Source of the DNA: Candidatus Omnitrophota bacterium
GTDB taxonomy: Bacteria > Omnitrophota > Gorgyraeia > Gygaellales > Profunditerraquicolaceae
Assembly: GCA_018825985.1 (NCBI GenBank)
Contig: JAHKAP010000002.1
Location: 650 to 64,649 of the forward strand
Reading direction: 5' to 3'
DNA: 64,000 nucleotides
Part shown: positions 60,709 through 64,000 of the stretch, piece by piece
Layout: every line of letters starts with the position of its first letter
Position numbering within the stretch: the stretch's first letter is position 1
The notes under the pieces: generated by a model
What the model saw: only the letters and a program-made list of their open reading frames with translations
Databases searched by the model: none
Told to the model about the DNA's origin: nothing
Program-made: the position numbers and the translations under genes

Positions 60709-61209
60709 ATGAACATTAAAGGTAAAACCATTAAAATAGGCGATAATATCAATACTGATTTCATTATTTCAGGAAGGTACAAATTTTCCATTACCGACAT
60801 AAAAGAATTAGCTAAGCATATAATGGAGGATATCGACCCTGATTTTTATAATAAGATAATACCGGGCGAGTCTATATTAGCGGCTGGGAAAAATTTCGGA
60901 ATGGGCTCAAGCCGGGAGCAGGCGCCCCTGGTTATAAAGGAATCCGGGATCAGGGCGGTATTGGCAAAATCATTTGCCAGGATATTCTTCAGGAATAGTT
61001 TTAATATAGGATTGCTTCTGGTTGAAACCGATACCGACAAAATCGGGCAAGGCGATATTATCGAACTGGACTTGAATAGAGGAAAAGTCTGGAATGTTAC
61101 AAAGAATATCTATTTGAATATTAAGCCTTTGCCGGGATTTATGCAGGAATTATTGAAAGAAGGCGGCATAGTCAATTACATAAAAAAACACGGAGAATTA
61201 AAAATATAA
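60709..61209 (+). CDS. Aconitase-family small subunit (LeuD/HacB type)
   Basis: [40 protein letters not shown]. Confidence 0.93.
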   Translation: MNIKGKTIKIGDNINTDFIISGRYKFSITDIKELAKHIMEDIDPDFYNKIIPGESILAAGKNFGMGSSREQAPLVIKESGIRAVLAKSFARIFFRNSFNIGLLLVETDTDKIGQGDIIELDLNRGKVWNVTKNIYLNIKPLPGFMQELLKEGGIVNYIKKHGELKI

Positions 61210-62291
61210 TGGCGTATAAAATTACATTTATACCCGGAGACGGTACCGGCCCGGAGATTGCCGAGGCCGCCAGGCGTTGTATTGAGGCCACAGGTGTTAA
61301 AATCGATTGGGATGAAAAGTATGCCGGGGAAGAAGCCCAAGCTAAATATGGGTCGCTTTTGCCTGAGGCGACTATCGCTTCGATAAAGAAAAATAAAGTT
61401 GCCATCAAGGGCCCGATCACAACCCCCATAGGGGGTGGTTTTCGTTCGGTTAATGTGGCCTTGCGCCAGACCCTGGATCTTTACGCCTGCGTGCGTCCGG
61501 TGAAATACTATCCCGGAGTTAAGTCTTTTTATAAAGATATTGACTTGGTTATCATCAGGGAAAACAGCGAAGACCTCTATGCCGGAATAGAATTTGAAGA
61601 AGGCGCTCCGGAAACTCGCAAATTAATTAAAGAGATCGAAGGTTTTTCCAATAAAACGGTGCGGCCCGATTCCGGTATCTCTATCAAGCCGATTTCAAAG
61701 TCGGCAAGCGAAAAAATAGCCAGGTTCGCATTTGAGTATGCACTTATTAATAACCGTAAAAAAGTTACTTGCATAACCAAAGCCAATATAATGAAATTTA
61801 CCGACGGGCTATTTTTAAAGATTGCCCGGGAAATCGCCGCTTCTTATGAAGGTAAGATCGCGTTTGAGGAGGCTTTAGTCGATAATATGGCTATGCAGTT
61901 GGTGCAAAAGCCGCTCAACTACGATTGCCTGCTTCTGCCTAATCTTTACGGCGATATTCTTTCTGACCTTTGCGCCGGTTTAGTCGGAGGCTTAGGGGTT
62001 GCCCCAGGAGCGAATGTAGGAGATGGCATGGCGGTTTTTGAGCCTGTCCATGGCTCAGCCCCTAAATATAAAGGAATGAATAGGGTTAATCCTACGGCTA
62101 TGATACTTTCAGGCGTTCTAATGCTAAGATATATTAAAGAGGGCGCGGCTGCGGATAGATTGGAAAAAGCTGTTAAAGAAGTTTTGACCGAAGGCATATC
62201 CGTTACTTACGATCTAAAACCTGACCCTAAGGATCCAACTGCTGCAGGAACAAAAGAAATGGCCGACGCCATCATTAAAAAACTTAAATAG
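61209..62291 (+). CDS. icd: Isocitrate/isopropylmalate dehydrogenase family, probably NADP isocitrate dehydrogenase
   Basis: [54 protein letters not shown]. Confidence 0.8.
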   Translation: MAYKITFIPGDGTGPEIAEAARRCIEATGVKIDWDEKYAGEEAQAKYGSLLPEATIASIKKNKVAIKGPITTPIGGGFRSVNVALRQTLDLYACVRPVKYYPGVKSFYKDIDLVIIRENSEDLYAGIEFEEGAPETRKLIKEIEGFSNKTVRPDSGISIKPISKSASEKIARFAFEYALINNRKKVTCITKANIMKFTDGLFLKIAREIAASYEGKIAFEEALVDNMAMQLVQKPLNYDCLLLPNLYGDILSDLCAGLVGGLGVAPGANVGDGMAVFEPVHGSAPKYKGMNRVNPTAMILSGVLMLRYIKEGAAADRLEKAVKEVLTEGISVTYDLKPDPKDPTAAGTKEMADAIIKKLK

Positions 62292-62344
62292 GGACAGCGA
62301 CTATTTTTTAGATTTAGCAAATTAAAAAATAGTCGCTGTCCCTA
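62289..62344. repeat. Palindromic element TAGGGACAGCGACTATTTTTT...AAAAAATAGTCGCTGTCCCTA
   Basis: ~21-bp inverted repeat overlapping the icd stop codon; architecture resembles families A and B. Confidence 0.85.
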
Positions 62345-62351
62345 ATAAACT

Positions 62352-63275
62352 ATGAAAATATCAATAATAGGCGCTGGTAACGTAGGAAGCCTTACTACTC
62401 TGCGGATAGCTCAGCAGGGCTTGGGAGAAGTTTATCTGATCGATGTGGCCAAGGGCCTGGCCTGCGGCAAGGCATTTGACCTGGAAGACGCGCGATCGCT
62501 GATCAAATCTGACTATAAGATTACGGGAAGCGAAGATATTAATCAAGTTCTGGGTTCAGATATAGTAGTAATGACTGCTGGATTAGCCCGTAAACCGGGA
62601 ATGACCCGAGAGGACCTGGTTAGCAAAAATGCCCAGATAATTAAAGAAGTCTGCCTAAATATAAAAACCCTGGCTCCTAAAGCTATAGTAATTGTGGTTA
62701 CTAATCCTTTGGATGTAATGACTTACCTGGCCCTAAAAACAACCGGTTTTAGTTCTAGCAGGGTTTTTGGCATGGGCGCAAGCCTCGACGCGGCCAGGTT
62801 CAATAATTTAATAAGTAAAGAATTAAAGATAGCGGCTCGGGATGTTGAAGGCATGGTGATCGGTTGCCATGGCGAGGCAATGATTCCTTTGCCCAGGTTC
62901 AGTTATATAAAGGGTAAACCGCTCCCGGAGATCATCGACGAAAAAACCATGGAAGACCTGGTAAATAAGACTAAGGCCAGGGGCCTGGAGATCGTGTCTT
63001 TATTAGGCAACGGAAGCGCTTTTTTCGCTCCATCGGCGGCAATTACTGAGCTGGTGGCGGAGATTATTAAAAATGAAAAACGCACCATTGGGGTTTCAGC
63101 TTACCTGAACGGAGAGTATGGGGTTAAGGATGTTACGATTGGGGTACCCTGTGTCATAGGCAAAAAAGGTATCGAGGATATTGTGGAGCTGAGTTTGAGC
63201 CCTGAAGAGAAAAACAAATTCCATGAATCTGCGCAGTCCATCCGTCAGCTGATCTCCCAGATAAATATTTTATAA
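62352..63275 (+). CDS. mdh: Malate dehydrogenase (LDH-like)
   Basis: IIGAGNVG, TAGLARKPGMTREDL, VTNPLD, LDAARF. Confidence 0.95.
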   Translation: MKISIIGAGNVGSLTTLRIAQQGLGEVYLIDVAKGLACGKAFDLEDARSLIKSDYKITGSEDINQVLGSDIVVMTAGLARKPGMTREDLVSKNAQIIKEVCLNIKTLAPKAIVIVVTNPLDVMTYLALKTTGFSSSRVFGMGASLDAARFNNLISKELKIAARDVEGMVIGCHGEAMIPLPRFSYIKGKPLPEIIDEKTMEDLVNKTKARGLEIVSLLGNGSAFFAPSAAITELVAEIIKNEKRTIGVSAYLNGEYGVKDVTIGVPCVIGKKGIEDIVELSLSPEEKNKFHESAQSIRQLISQINIL

Positions 63276-63276
63276 T

Positions 63277-64000
63277 ATGTATGATCTAGCCATAATCGGC
63301 TCAGGTTGGGCCGGAGTAAATGCCGCATTAAAAGCCAAAGAATTAGGTTTGAACCCTGTAATTATAGAAAAATCAAATCTGGGAGGCGCCTGTCTTAATC
63401 AAGGGTGTATCCCCACCAAGTCATTGATCCAGTCGGCGAAAATCTATACTTTGGCCCAGAAATCCAGCGCGTTTGGTATTGATAATAGCGGAGTTTTGTC
63501 AGTAAATTTACCGCAGATCCAGGCCCGTAAAGAAAAAATAATCAGGCAATTGCGCCAGGGGTTGGAATTTATGCTTAAAGGCGTTAAGATTATCTATGCC
63601 CCGGCGGAATTTATTTCTGTGGATACCTTGAAAGCAGGCTCGGATGAAATACAAGCCAAAGCTATCTTGATAGCTTCCGGCTCAGTCCCCCTGGAATTGA
63701 AAAGCCTGAAATTCGATAATAATAAGGTAGTTTCCAGTAATGAAATTTTAAATTTAAAAGAATTACCCGCATCGATATTAATTATTGGCGCAGGGGTTAT
63801 TGGATGCGAATTCGCAAGCCTCTTTTCTAATTTAGGGGTTAGGGTTAAATTGGTTGAATTGACCCCTCAGGTCTTGCCTGAGTATGACCTGGATGTTGCT
63901 AACAGGATTAAGGGGCTTCTAGAGAAAAAAGGAGTTGAGATAAATACCTCAACTAATGCCGCGGACATTAACCTGCAAAATTTCGATCTGGTTCTTGTTT
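63277..64000 (+). CDS. lpdA: Dihydrolipoamide dehydrogenase family (3'-truncated by window)
   Basis: Manual translation MYDLAIIGSGWAG...EKSNLGGACLNQGCIPTK...IIGAGVIGCEFA. Confidence 0.88.
   Translation, partial: MYDLAIIGSGWAGVNAALKAKELGLNPVIIEKSNLGGACLNQGCIPTKSLIQSAKIYTLAQKSSAFGIDNSGVLSVNLPQIQARKEKIIRQLRQGLEFMLKGVKIIYAPAEFISVDTLKAGSDEIQAKAILIASGSVPLELKSLKFDNNKVVSSNEILNLKELPASILIIGAGVIGCEFASLFSNLGVRVKLVELTPQVLPEYDLDVANRIKGLLEKKGVEINTSTNAADINLQNFDLVLV

Noticed and set aside
61209-62291. leuB call based on adjacency to LeuC/LeuD-like genes
   Set aside because: Substrate and cofactor motifs ([16 protein letters not shown]) fit isocitrate dehydrogenase better.
1089-63088. Numerous minus-strand and alternate-frame ORFs of 60-176 aa
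   Set aside because: All overlap well-supported + strand genes or repeats and show no recognisable motifs; treated as shadow ORFs.

Overview
A bacterial chromosome segment, probably PVC superphylum and most like Candidatus Omnitrophota (inference from the PVC-type EF-Tu effector loop, absent rpmD and a giant Ig-repeat gene). All supported genes are on the + strand, in four blocks. (1) 1-11154: the 3' part of a giant membrane-anchored surface protein with about 30 tandem ~97-aa Ig-like repeats, very rich in N-x-S/T sequons. (2) 11364-25754: an apparent single operon joining an atypical F-type ATPase to a type II secretion/type IV pilus inner-membrane set. The ATPase genes are short epsilon, c, b-delta, alpha, gamma, beta; there is no subunit a, and the c subunit has Gln in place of the ion-binding Glu. 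The secretion set is stand-alone MshEN, GspE-PilZ, GspF, a metallopeptidase, GspG/I/J/K, PilM-N and PilO, with no secretin. (3) 25998-57128: tRNA-Thr, rpmG, tRNA-Trp, secE-nusG, rif, str, S10, spc and alpha clusters in one run, with intergenic gaps filled by at least six families of short palindromic repeats. (4) 57134-64000: aminotransferase, two-subunit aconitase-family genes split by pilT, NADP-type IDH, MDH and partial Lpd. The best candidate for an uncharacterised system is the giant adhesin + ion-uncoupled F1/c-ring + pseudopilus machine.
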